Positions 13,946 to 26,124 of a stretch of DNA of 64,000 nt are shown here, piece by piece. The position numbers were made by a program, and so were the translations under genes. How positions within the stretch are numbered: the stretch's first letter is position 1; each line of letters opens with the position of its first letter. The stretch is from Lama glama (taxonomy: Eukaryota). The DNA is taken from assembly GCA_028534125.1 (NCBI GenBank), contig CM052817.1, positions 35,156,001 through 35,220,000 on the forward strand, written 5' to 3'. The notes under the pieces were generated by a model. That model was not told the DNA's origin and did not search any database. It saw only the letters and a program-made list of their open reading frames with translations.

Positions 13946-14037
13946 GTAAGTGTGTAGAATGTGAAGAAAAGGCCCTAGACTTGCCCTCTGAAATTGGGAA
14001 ATGGGGAAGAAAATAGGCAAACGGTTGTCATCCTTAA

Positions 14038-14045
14038 TGACGTCA
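14038..14045. promoter_or_regulatory. Perfect palindromic CRE (TGACGTCA)
   Basis: Exact motif about 93 nt downstream of the 13945 donor. Confidence 0.45.
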
Positions 14046-14205
14046 GAGCATGGCCTCCAGCTTCTGGTCTCCCTGGTAGTGGGGCTTCTACAAGGCTGTA
14101 ACCTGCAAGCACTCTTATTATTAGTGAGGGACCTCAGTTCTCAAAAATGCTCGGGTGCGTTCAGTGTTAGCCCTCTGTGAATCATTCCCACTTGCCTTTA
14201 TTTTA

Positions 14206-14338
14206 TTTATGTGGGGGGGGGTAATTAGGTTTGTCTATTTATTTGTTTATATATTTTAATGGAGCAGTGTACTGGGGATTGAACCCAGGACTTCATGCGT
14301 GCCAAGCTCACGCTCAACCACTGAGCTATACCCTCCCT
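14206..14338 (-). mobile_element. Vic-1-type SINE
   Basis: gtaattaggtt...ggggattgaacccagga...ctgagctataccctccc. Imperfect TSD cttgcctttatttta / ctagccttcatttta. Confidence 0.9.
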
Positions 14339-16092
14339 GCTAGCCTTCATTTTAATAAACTTTGTTGCATGGGAGAGAAAAGGATGCATTATCGCTGGGA
14401 CAGAGAGTTATCCATAATTCAAGCTCTGTGCTCTGTGACCATCGCCTGTCATAGGGACTGTGGAAAAGTAAGACTGAAAACCACTGTGGCTTGAGACCCT
14501 CTTGCCTACTGTGCCTCTTCTTTCTGTTTGATTAGCTATGAGTCAGGGCCCAGATGTAGTCAGTATCTTCTGAAGCTCTTAAGTCTCTCTTGCTAGTTCA
14601 GTCCTGCGGGATGATACGCTCTTCTGATGGCCTTTTCTCACCTGGCTCTACTTCTGTGCTGTGAGTGATAATGTATCAGCCACTTTTCCAGCTCGGTGAT
14701 CTGCCAGTTGTTGAGTGGCAGCTGATGATAACTCGGGCATCTAAAGAAAAGCCCATCTGGGTTTTCAGAGTTCCATGAGGGATCTCCACGTCCTTCCTCT
14801 CTCCCCGTAGCTGGGAGCATTCCAATTAATAATCGGGAGAGGGAAGCTCAGCAGAGTTCTGCTGTGGTATTTGGAAGGGGACTTTGCATGCGAGGCTTCA
14901 TACTTACAGCATCCCACAGTATTTTATCAAGATAAATAATATGTGAGAGTGGATTCCGTGAGGCTGAGGATAATGCTATATGGTGCCCCTCCCCCCAGAT
15001 AAATAAGTAAATGAATAAAACCTCACAGCAGGCCCAGGCGTGGAATGAATCTCTCACGGGGGCAGGGCTGTGGGATCCCATTAGAGAGTATTCAGTTTAT
15101 CCTCCTCATACAGGCTCTCCTCGCAGACAGACAAGGAGCATGATTTGTTTCCCACTGAAAAGTCAGGAGCATCGTGGAGGATGACACAGTGCCATTTGTT
15201 TACAGAGAGCTTCCTCCATTCAAGTTATTAGAAAATATTTCTCGAGTAAGTCATCCTGAGTCAGAGCTGGCATGTTACTAGGAAAACTGCACATTTGAGG
15301 GACCTAGTGTTGCTCACACATGGAAGATTCTGTGTTTTAAACTTTCGGTAATTAATCTTTCACTTTCAATGAGCTAGAACTACAGTTCAGCCATGAGATA
15401 CTTACCAAATGCTTCTTTGCTCCCACTGCAATTCATTGGGTCACATTAGGGGTCCAAGAAAGCAGAGGACACTGCGCTTATGTGGCTTACAGTCTGCTTG
15501 GAGAGAGAACAGCAGCGTGGATTTTTAAAACTTAAGATGCAATCAAGTCTCAGTGCATTATTTAGATGTGCTGAATTTCACTGAAACACCAGGTTATCTA
15601 CCTTAACAGTTGTCTTTCGGAGTCTGCTCAAGCCTCCATTTCCACAGAGTCCTCTTGGACCATGTTGGGGGGGGGGAGGAGGAGGAGGAGGAGGATTGCT
15701 CTTGGAACGTGTCTTTGCCTTTTACCCCAGAGCCTGGCAGTGACCCGCAGAGTTCAGAGCTATTATCAAGATATAGGTTGGTTTCTAGCCCTCCTAGAAA
15801 AAGAGAATGCCTCATCTCATGGTTATTTGAACTCTAATTTCAAATTGTATGTGCACCTATAATTGCGTGTATATCTGATATATTATAAATATTACTTATT
15901 TATGTGTTTGTCTAGAATTGTAGGCAGCTTGAAAGAGGGGCAACATTATTTTTTCACTATCTAGAATACATGCCAGTGAGATTTAATATGTTTTGGGATT
16001 GGGGTGAAACAAGATAAAGAAACCTTTATTTACATCTTTTGAGGCAATCTGAATTACTCTGAGAAATATCTAAAGCTTTTAAACTTTTTTCT

Positions 16093-16568
16093 CATACAAG
16101 TGATACATGATATTTGTCTTTCTCTGTCTGACTTACTTTACTTAGTATGATAGTCCACCCATGTTGCTGCAAGTGATGTTATTTCATTCTTTTTATGGCT
16201 GAGTAATATACATACATACCACATTTCTTTGTCATTTCATCTGTTGATGGACGTTTTGCTGTTGACGGACAGGTTGTCTCCATGTCTTAGCTATTGTAAA
16301 TAGTACTGCTGTGCACATTGGGGTGCATGTGTATTTTTGTTTATAGATTTCTTCTTTTCTTGATATATGCCCAGGAGTAGGATTGCTGGATCATATGGTA
16401 ACTATATTTTTAGTTTTTTAAGGAACCTCCACACTGTTTTCCATAGTGGCTGCACCAATTTACATTCCCACCAACAGGGTAGGAGGGTTCCCTTTTCTCC
16501 ACATCCTCTCTAGCATTTATTATTTGCAGACTTTTTGATAATGGCCATTCTGACCGGTGTGAGGTGAT
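16093..16568 (-). mobile_element. L1 ORF2 C-terminus and 3'UTR fragment
   Basis: ttttaaggaacctccacactgttttccatagtggctgcaccaatttacattcccaccaacag, a canonical antisense L1 motif. Confidence 0.92.
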
Positions 16569-16599
16569 CAGTGAATTTCTTAATACTAACTAGCACTAT

Positions 16600-16815
16600 A
16601 ATCGCTAATGTTTGTTTTAGTATTCACCGTATGCTGACATTCTGCAAAGTTCTTTATATGCAGTTACACTTAATCCTTACAAGTCAATAAGCTTTGTATT
16701 ATTATTATTCATATGCTACAGAAGAGAACAGAAACTTAAGAGATTATGGAACTTATCCAGAGTCTCGTAGCTAGCAAGTGAAGTGAGACTCAGACCCAGG
16801 ATCTGACTCCAGAGC
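16600..16815 (-). mobile_element. MIR SINE
   Basis: ttaatccttacaa...gctacagaagagaacagaaacttaagagatt...gactcagacccaggatctgactccagagc. Confidence 0.65.
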
Positions 16816-16876
16816 ATGAGTCTCATGTAGAGTTAGCTCCCAGTCATGTAGTGTCACCAGCACACGCTTTCAGAAT

Positions 16877-17090
16877 GCAGCAAAATGGTTAAGAGCGTGG
16901 TATTTGGAATTAGACAGTCTTGGTTTGAATCTCAGCATTGCCACTTAGTAGCCGTGTAACACTGGGCAGATCATTTCACCTCTCTGAGCCTGTCTCCTCA
17001 CCTATTGAAATGTGAAAAATAAGAACTTACAGAGTGGTTTGAAGATACTACCTGTAAAACTTTTAAGCCTGACCTATCCAAGGCTTAACA
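16877..17090 (+). mobile_element. MIR SINE
   Basis: aatggttaagagcgtgg...gccacttagtagccgtgtaacactgggcagatcatttcacctctctgagcctg. Confidence 0.75.
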
Positions 17091-18189
17091 AAGTTTACTG
17101 GTATTATTATTTATGAGAAAAAATGGCATTTACCCCTTCTGCCGTCAACTTCATTTAATTTTTACAAACATATTTTGAAATATCTTGTAAGTGTCCTCCA
17201 TAACCATTGGGAATTTATCATGAATGAGTCTGAAGATGCCTTTCATCCTTTCATGTCTTCAACCAATGTGGTTCTGGCGTTAGTAACAAGTTCTAAAATT
17301 TCCCACATGATTTGTGAAGGAGATTGATACAGTACTTCCATTTAACAGTTCCAGAGTGATTTTCAGTCTTTTTGTCCAATACCCTGGTGCTTCATCAATA
17401 CTTTGGATACTGATCTAGGAAAGGAATTCTTGAAAAAGTGATGGAGAGGAATGGAATATTCCTCAACAGTCTGTCTTCTGGCCTGGCTAGACAGCTGGAG
17501 ATCAGACTTAGAATCCACAGACCTGTTTTCTTCACTCACTTGGCATCTGACCTTGTTCAGCTAATGTAGCTTCTCTAGTCCAATGTGGAAAGCAAGTAGT
17601 GAGTTAACCATCACTCCCAACTCCTTGAAATTGCTCTGTGAAAGGCACTTGAAAAGTAAAGTGATGTGATTGAGCAGAAATGAATCTGGTGGAGCAGATT
17701 TGATTCCCTGCATGAAATTTTATACCGAAGGAATTTTATACTGATGTTAAAGCATATATAAAAGGTAAAGCAGAAGACTTTTTTTTTTTATTAAAATTAT
17801 GCCCCAAATTAGGAGTTTTTAAGTTAGGCTCCAAAACCAAGCTCAACAGCCACAAAGACTCAAGTTTAATAAACCTTTTTTCCTTCTTTAATGAAGAAGT
17901 GGAAGATTCTTTTATTCAACTCTAAAAGAGAGTTTTGCTGTTTGAGAAGCAGAATGATCAAAGCCAAAGTAGAGATTCCACAGCATGAGCATCAGCTCTG
18001 GCTTTGGCAGTGTCAGGGAGCTTATTTAATCGCTTTGGCAGCTCCCAGCCCGTTTTGCATGCATCACTTTCTCTCATTTAGTCAGAGTGACTGTCACATA
18101 TGCAGTGGCTTGTGTTGATAAATAGTTGTTGACTCTTGTGTCACAGTGCATGCCTAGCTCACTAGGAAGTCTGTTCATTTTTCTTGATT

Positions 18190-18458
18190 AGCATTTCTCA
18201 AATGTTTTTGACTTGATCTAGAGCATGAAATATGTCTTACATCCGAACATATGTGCATATAAAGTTGTGTATACCCGTATACATAAACACACATATATAA
18301 ACTAGAAACCAAAGTTTCATGAAATCGTACTGACCCTGTTTTTTATTCCACTCTCTTCTCTTCTTTTCTTAGTTTTAAAGAGTTCTTGGTCCTGGCCCAC
18401 TAAATTGATAGCAGTGTCCACTAAATGAGCTGTCACTCACCACTTGAAGGAGTGAGTG
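18190..18458 (-). mobile_element. hAT-Charlie DNA transposon fossil (MER112-like)
   Basis: aaagtttcatgaaatcgtactgacc and cccactaaattgat...ccactaaatgag match recalled MER112. Confidence 0.6.
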
Positions 18459-21400
18459 GCTTTAGGATTCCCCTTAGTTCAAACCTCCCTGGGCTTCATA
18501 TGTCCTCAAAGGAAGACTTTACATCTTCTTTTCAGCCCACCCCCAGTACACACACATGCCACCATCGTCACCAGCATTCAAGCCTTTGGACCCTCGGGTA
18601 GAAGGAGCCCTATCAGCTGCTACCAGGGGGGTTTTCCCCAGGAAGACTTCAATTTTTTCTCATAGGAGGCCAGAATGTTGAAAACTTTGTGAATCTTGAA
18701 AAAACAGCTTATTCTCCTCTTAAGTTTTGAGTATTAGCTGTCGGGAACACAAGAATTCCTGTGATATGCCAGTGCTAGCTCAGTGCTCTGTACCCAGTAG
18801 GACTGCAGTAAGTATGTGTTGGTCAGTCATCACCCCAAATCTGCACTGATCACCATGGACACAGGGCCCTTGCAGGGTTAGCGCTGACCTGTGCTGGATG
18901 GAATAGCATTGCTTCTCCATAGGTGCGCTGAGTTTAGAGGACAGGACATTAAGTTGTAGGATTATTAGGTGAAGTAAGAACCCAGGTAGGGCGTATATTC
19001 CTGAATATATAAGACACCAAGAAAAGCAGACAGGCAAATGCAGGGCTAGCAAAATCTGAATACACTGAGGCAGAATTGGTCAGCAGCTAAAGCTGTCTCC
19101 ATTTGTATCATTGACCCGGAAGTCTCAGGCTGTCTGGGACTCATCTGACTTTGCCTTTCAGGACTTAAAAGAACCCTGAGTGGCTAATGTAATCGCTGAT
19201 ATCTTAGAGGTGTATCTGAAGGCAGGTCCACGTGTTTTTCCCAGATTTGCCATTCATGTTAATCACTTTTCTTAGAAACTTAAGTGATTCAGACCCCAGG
19301 ATGTCAGTGGGGTAATGGGGTTCAAGTTCTAGGGTTGTGACACTATTCCTTCTCCATCAGCATTCTCATTCTTAGGAGTGGGACCCTGGATCCTGACACA
19401 AAGAGATGGAATGACTTGGCTCTCTTTGCTGGCTTGCAGACTGTGTTATTGCTGCTTCCAAACCCTGAAAGTCCTTAATTTTGCAAAATAAGCACAGTGG
19501 TAGCAAAGCCATTGTAATTAGGAGACAAGCCAGGAATGGAGAAAATATAATGAATATAATTAATAGATAATTTATGAAAAGAGTTACAGGTCTTATAAGC
19601 CAGAATATATTCTGAACTTCCCTAGCTTTTTAAAGAAACAATTTATAGAATTTTAGAACAGGGAGGAGACCTTAGATAGTATATAGTTTAGTTGCTTCAT
19701 TTTACAGATGTGGAAACTGAGGTCCTCAGAATCTAGAAAATGGCAGCAGTGACTAAATAAACCCAGATCTTCAAGATTCTGAGGCTTGTTTCCCCACCTT
19801 CACATGACTTCTTGAGATGAAGAGCACATCTCCTTATTGTTGAGAAATAGGACACAGAAAATCACAGTTTTAGCCGCTATTGGACTCAGTGATGCTAAAA
19901 CAAACAAATCAAAAAGCAGCAGTATTTGCCCCGAGGGCTGAGGTAATAAAATTCGAACCATGAAGTTTTGTGGTCCAGGAGTGAGGTTTCCTTTGTGAGG
20001 TTTCCTGATGTTCGTTGTGGAGCTCCTGTGACTCCCCTTGAAGGCTTGGATGGTGAGTTGTATGGCAGAAATTTTCATTCCTAAGACACTTGTCACTTCA
20101 GAACCTAGATTACCTCACAGAAATGATTCCCAACCATAAAAGGACAAAGGATAGCTTTGGGTTTTTTCCCTGCTTCCACGTCACACAAACCCAGTGGGTA
20201 CTAGTCAAAGAAGTAACACATCTAAGATGTGGGTGGAAATATAGATCATTGACCCTTAGAGTCTCAGAATTGGATTATCATTTATCCCACCAGTACCTGG
20301 TACATGAATTAATGGAGAAGTTCAACAAAACAGGTAGTGGGTGTGTCTTTTTGTGTCTCTCCAGAATAGGACATTGCCAGCGTGAATCTGTTCCCTGTCT
20401 GAGCTGTTGTCTGAGATTGACTCTGGGAATGAGAGCTGGTGGGAGGGCAGTGATTCTCGAAGGACCGCTTCATCCCCACAGAGTGCTCTCCAGTGAGAAG
20501 AGAGTAAGGAGCCAAAAGAAATAAACATGGTATTAGTGGGGAAAAAATGGGGTTTGGCTCAAAGAAGAATAGCCTGACAGGACCACCTGACACAATCTGG
20601 AATACTGAGACAGACTATAGAATTTTATTGGGAAATCTTTTAAAATAGTTTGGTTTTTTTTTTTCTGTTTTCAGAAATGATAGCTCTATCCATTGGTAGG
20701 CACAGAGGACCAGGTGGGGCCTTACTCCTTTCCTAAACCATGTGAACACTAATGGTTTCATTCTGTTACCACTTGGGTCTGTATTTCCTAGGTCATGTAC
20801 TCAACAAGCAACAAGCACTTTGCCCGATGGGTCCAGGAGTGTCACTTTGACCTTGATTCACTTTCAACTAGTACCATCTAGAATCCCTGCTAAATTTATC
20901 AATAACTGATGCTCACATAATAGAACCTAGTGACTTCTGTCACATCGCTAAGAATTTTACATACTCAGGTGTGGTTCCAGAATTTGACCCTCAAGTCATC
21001 TTTTATCTAGAAGGAACTAAAATTGCACCTGCCCCTAAGTTAAAAAAAAAAGTATTAGTCAATCAAATCATTCTGAAATCTGTAACTTATTATTTAGCTA
21101 ACCTTAATCCAATCTTGTATTATCAATAATTACTACAGTTTTTCTTATAATTTTCAGGTGTCTAACCACTTAGCTCATTTCGCATCAAACTTGTGATAGT
21201 CACATAAGTTAACAGAAGATCCTCCATTCAACAAGCCTCAGTAAACATTGACATTGTTCAGGGCTCTTCTCTGGTGTATCAGTACCACTCAGCTCTCAAT
21301 TTAATGAAGGTACCAATGTAAAGACATAAAGATTTTGAAATTGTTAACAGTTCAGGATTGAAAGAATATCAGACTGAGACCACTGAATCTTTTAAAAATC

Positions 21401-21460
21401 AGTTTGTTTTTAAAAGAAATGAGTGACACATAATGATGTCACAGAGGCTACAACCTTGCA

Positions 21461-24260
21461 AACGTGGTGATTGGACCTGGTGAGCAGGAGGCAGCAATCA
21501 CTCTAGACATACTGGCCAGACGTTTTTGTGACAGAGGATGGGAAATAAGTTCCACTGAAATTCAGGGGGTTTTCACATTAATAAAATGTCTAGGGGTCTG
21601 GTAGTCTGGGGCATGTCATGATAATCCCTCCTAAGGAGAAGGCTAAGTTGTTGTATCTGACCCCTCCTGCCACCAGACGTCCACTGCCTGGTGGGTTTTG
21701 GAGGCAGCATATTCCTCATTTGGGTCTGCGTCTCTGGCCCATTTACCAAGCAACTCGAAAAGCTGTTCATTTGGAGTAGTGCCCAGAGCAAGAGAAAGTT
21801 CTGCAGTAGGTCCACGCTGCCGTGCAGACTGCTCTGCCCTTTGATCCATGGGACTCAGCAGATCCAGAGGTGCTTGAAGTGGCAGTGGCAGATGGGGACG
21901 CTGTCTGGGGCCTTTGGAGGCCCCTGTAGGTGAATCACAACACATACCCTTAGGGTTTTGGAGCAAAACCCTGCCATCTTCTGTAGAAAACTCTCTCCTT
22001 TTGAGATACAGTTTTTGCTTGCCTGTGGTAGGTGTTAGCAGAGACTGAATGCTTAACTGCAGGCCACCAAGTTACCGTATGACCTGAGCTGCCCTTCATG
22101 ACCTGGGTGTTGTCTGACCCACCAGGCCATAAAGCTGGGCATGCACAGCAGCACTCCATCATTAAGGGAAGTGCTATATATGAGATCAGGTTCGTGCAGG
22201 CTCTGAAGGCACAAGTAAGTTACAGGAAGAAGTGGCCCAAATGCCCTTGGTCCCCACTCCTGCTCACTGCCTTCTCTCTCCCAGCCTGCACCTCTGGCCC
22301 CATGGGGAGTTCCCTACGACTAGTTGACTGAGGAAGAGAAAATTCAGACCTGGCTTAGGGATGGTTTTGCATGATATTCAGGCACCACCCGAAAGCTGTC
22401 ACGTTCTAGCCCCTTCCTAGGACAGCCCTAAAGGACAGTGGTGAATGGAAATCCTTCCAGTGGGCAGAACTTCAATCAGTGCATCTGGTTGTTGATGTTT
22501 TTTGTTAGGAGAAATGGTCAAAGGTTTAAGTCTGTAACAAGTCATAGGTTGTGGCCAGTGGTTTGGCTGGTTGGAAGGAATATGATTGGAAGATGGATGA
22601 CAAAGGGATCTGGGCAAGAGGTGGGTTGATAGACCTCTCTAAGTGGGCAAAGGGTTTTAAGATATTTTTGTCTTAAATGCTCTCCAAAGGATGACCTAAG
22701 GAGGATTTTAACAGTCAAGGGATAGGATGACCCATTCTGCAGATACCTGTCAGCCTCTTTTCCCAGCCACACTGTCATTGTCCAGTGGGCTTATGAACAA
22801 AATGGCCACGGTGTTCAGGGATGGAGGTTATGGTTGGGCTCAGCAATTCTGACTTCCACTCACCAAGGCCCGAGACCATCATTGAGTCCCCAGTATGACA
22901 CCATTCCCTCAGTTGATCAGCTAGCTACCAGTTTCAAGTTCATTAAATTGGACTGCTTCCATTATGGGAAGAGCAGCACTTTGTTCTTATTAGAACAGGT
23001 ACTCTGGATACAGATTTGCCTTCTCTACACGCAGTGCTTCTGTCAAAACTATCATCCATGCACTTACAGACTATTGTATCTACTATAATGGAAGTTCACA
23101 CAGCATCACTTCTGATCAAGGAACTTGATAGGTCCTTGCTCATGGAATTCACTGGTCTTGCCATGCTCCCCATCATTCTGTAGCAGCTGGCTTGGTACAG
23201 TGGCAGAATGGCCTTTAGAAGACTTGGTTACAGTGCCAGCGAGGTAGCAATGCTTTGTGAGACTGGAGCACTGTCTTCTAGGATGCAGTGGGTGTTCTAA
23301 GTCAGTGTCCAATATGTGGGGTGCTGTTTCTCTCATAGCCAGGCTTCGTGGGTCCAGGAATCAAGGTGTGGTTATGGGAGTGGCTCCATTCTCTGTCACC
23401 CCTAGTGATCTAGTCAGAAATTTTTTCTTCCTGTCTCCTTCACCTTAGGTTCTGCTTGTCTAGGGTTCTTAGTTCCAGTGGGAGGAATGCTTCCACTAGG
23501 AAACACCACAGTGATTCTATTGAAATTCTTGAGACTGTCACACAGTCTACTAGAGGGGCTACTCCCATCTCTCAATCAGCAGGCAAAGAAGTGGGCCACT
23601 GTGTGGGTTGGAGTGATGGACTCTGATTACCAAGGGAAAATTCACCACTGCTGTATAATGGAGGTCAGGAAGAGTATGTCTGGAATACAGGAGATCCTTT
23701 AGGGCATCTCCTGGTATTCTTGTGTCCTGTGAGGGAATCAAAACTACAACAGCCCAGTTCAGGACAGCTAATGGATCAGGTTCTGCAGGAATGCAGGTTT
23801 GAGTTGTCTAACCAGGCGAAGAACCGTAATCAGCTGAGGTCCTTGCTTAGGGCAAAAGAAATACGGAATGGGTAGTGAACGGAGATCGCTATAAAGACCA
23901 GCTACAACCACATGGCCATTGCAGAAACAACCCATAATAGTTATAAGCAATTCTTCCTTATTTTGTCATGAATACATTTGTATATGTTAACCAAATGTTT
24001 TTGCTTTCTCTCTTATCTCCTTATCATCTAACATGAGATGTATTAATAATAACTTTATATCTCAGTATATAAATTGCAGAAGTGTGAGCATCATCCAAGG
24101 ACTTTGCGTCTCTTTCTGGGGGATGGCTTAGTGTGTTTTCAGATGTAGGCAGGATAGTTGTATCATGTCAGTGGAAGTATGACTTTGTCGTGGACTCTAT
24201 TTGGAAAGGAAGTATGGTTTAAGGAGCTGTGCACAAGTGCCAAGTTGACAGAGGGTGGAG
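21461..24260 (+). mobile_element. Decayed ERV-L internal region (RT C-terminus, RNase H, integrase, dUTPase), 5'-truncated
   Basis: NVVIGPGEQEAAITLDILARR..GWEISSTEIQG at 21461, GFWRQHIPHLG at ~21693, dUTPase-like GVMDSDYQGKI at ~23610. Purine tract just before the LTR. Many stops and frameshifts. Confidence 0.9.
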
Positions 24261-24698
24261 TGTGATGGCCATTTTGATGTGTCAGCTTGGCTAGGATATA
24301 CTCCCCAGTTATTTAATCAAACACAAATACTGTTTAATTGAGCTGTTGATGTGAAGGGACTTTGTTTGAAGTTGAAGTACGTAATCAGTTGACTATAAGC
24401 AAGGGAGATTATTCAGCATAATCTGGGTGGGCCTGATTCTATAAATCGAAAGGCCTTAAAAACAGGATTGAGGCTTCCCTGAGAGAAGAAATTCCACCTG
24501 TGAACCAGCAGCAAATTCCAGCCTGCCCTTCCTGAGGTCTTGCCCTGTGGGTTTCAGACTTGTTTAGCCAGCCCCCACCTGGCAGATGCCAACTCCTGGC
24601 AATGAATCTCTTAATATATCTTACATTCACGCACGCACGCACGCATGCATGCAAAACACCTCCTGCTGGTTCTGTTTCTCTGATTAAACCCTGATACA
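24261..24698 (+). mobile_element. ERV-L 3' LTR (MLT2D-like)
   Basis: TG...CA ends: tgtgatggccattttgatgtgtcagcttggctagg ... ggttctgtttctctgattaaaccctgataca. Confidence 0.9.
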
Positions 24699-25301
24699 GC
24701 CTCAGATGTCCCTAAAAGCTTTTGTTTCAACCATCAGTGCTGCCAGCTGGGCCCCTGCACTGATCTTATAGCTATTGGGTGTTCAATAATATGTGTTGAA
24801 CTGAGATGAGTTTAAGGTGTTCAGCCCTTGTGTAGCGGTATTCTCTATTGAGGATCTTTGCTACTATACTAAATATGCAGGGCAAGGTCCCAGGCAGCTC
24901 CCCTTGCCAGTATTTTCCACTCAGAGTCAGGTGTTGATTCACAGCACCCTCTGAAACTCAAGTGGCAGAAATTGGCAGTGAAAAGAACTGCCACCCACAC
25001 ATTTCCTCGTAGTGGGAGAGATGTGGCCAAATACTGAGGCTTCCTATTAAAAATCATATCTGCCTCTGTTACTATTTCTCAGTATTATTTGGATTCTCCT
25101 GTGAATTGTTGTGAAACATTCTTAAAAGGGGGTTCTGAGATAAACCAATGGGAAAAACTAGAAAAATTAAAAATAGATGTGGTTTTGAATAACCTAGGGC
25201 CCAAGAAACAGCCAAGTAGTTATCATTTTCATTGGTAGGTCCTTACCTAGATCTAGGAAGTGCAGTACAAACCTATTTCAGTAGGTTCTGTTCAGTACGT
25301 A

Positions 25302-25885
25302 CAGTCAATTCTCCTGTCACGTGACATGTGTGTTGCTAAAAGTCAATGAGCTATGCAAAATCACAAAATGAAAACCAAGGGCTAATGGGAAAAATGGGAT
25401 AGCAGCACAACACACAAAAAATTATCAGTGAGATATTTAAAACAGTAGGAACCTAACAGAAGATGCAGCACAGTTTTACACATGTTGAATAGTAATGAAG
25501 TAAATCAGTACTACAATAAGTACGGTACTTTACCTTGAACAAGACCTGAAGTTTGCTTGTGGACCAGAGCATCGGAGGAGGGCTGCACCTTGTACATTAT
25601 TGTGAGGCGGTGGAAGGGGGGTTTTCTGACATTGGACAGAAAGCTGTAACCCCACATGTGCATGGGTTAATCTCATAACACAAGTGGCAGTGTGGGGAAA
25701 CTGGTAGACATTCGAGGGTGTGTGTGTGTGTGTGTGTGTGTGTTGTGTGTATTCCTACGCACCTCCATTCAGCTGGGTGCAGTGTTCTGCACTCACCTAG
25801 TGTTTCTCATGGATGAGACAGCATATATCAATCACACTGGAACAAATTTGCATTTTCAAAACAAGTGTGATTGCAGAACTGATTG
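25302..25885 (+). mobile_element. Tigger8-like TcMar DNA transposon
   Basis: TA TSDs at 25300-01 and 25886-87, TIRs cagtcaattctc / cagaactgattg, body matches recalled Tigger8. Orientation is relative to the recalled consensus. Confidence 0.85.
25719..25742. repeat. (TG)12 microsatellite inside Tigger8
   Basis: Read directly. Confidence 0.95.
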
Positions 25886-26124
25886 TATTGCTCAAAGAGA
25901 TCACCATCCTTTTTACCTGTACTTTCAAAATCCCAAAAGTTCTTTGTAAGTTTGGCACAAATTTGTTTGTTAGCAAAAATTAAGGTAAATAAATGCTTTC
26001 CAGAAACACTGTATTTGATTATAAATGCCTGTCACAGACCCCACTGGGATCTAAATATGCCTCTATGCAATCTGAAAAATTCTGATTTCTAAAACACATC
26101 TGGCACCAAGGAAATAGGGAACAG

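Noticed and set aside
16600..17090. Head-to-head inverted MIR pair as a dsRNA hairpin
   Set aside because: The copies are too diverged to pair stably, and the arrangement is common.
17110..17420. Minus-strand fragments APG...ITLELL and TYKIF, faintly like an ancient LINE RT
   Set aside because: Too short and degenerate to call by eye; it needs a Dfam nhmmer search.
21461..24260. Domesticated retroviral gene
   Set aside because: Multiple stops and frameshifts, with no ORF much over 100 aa.
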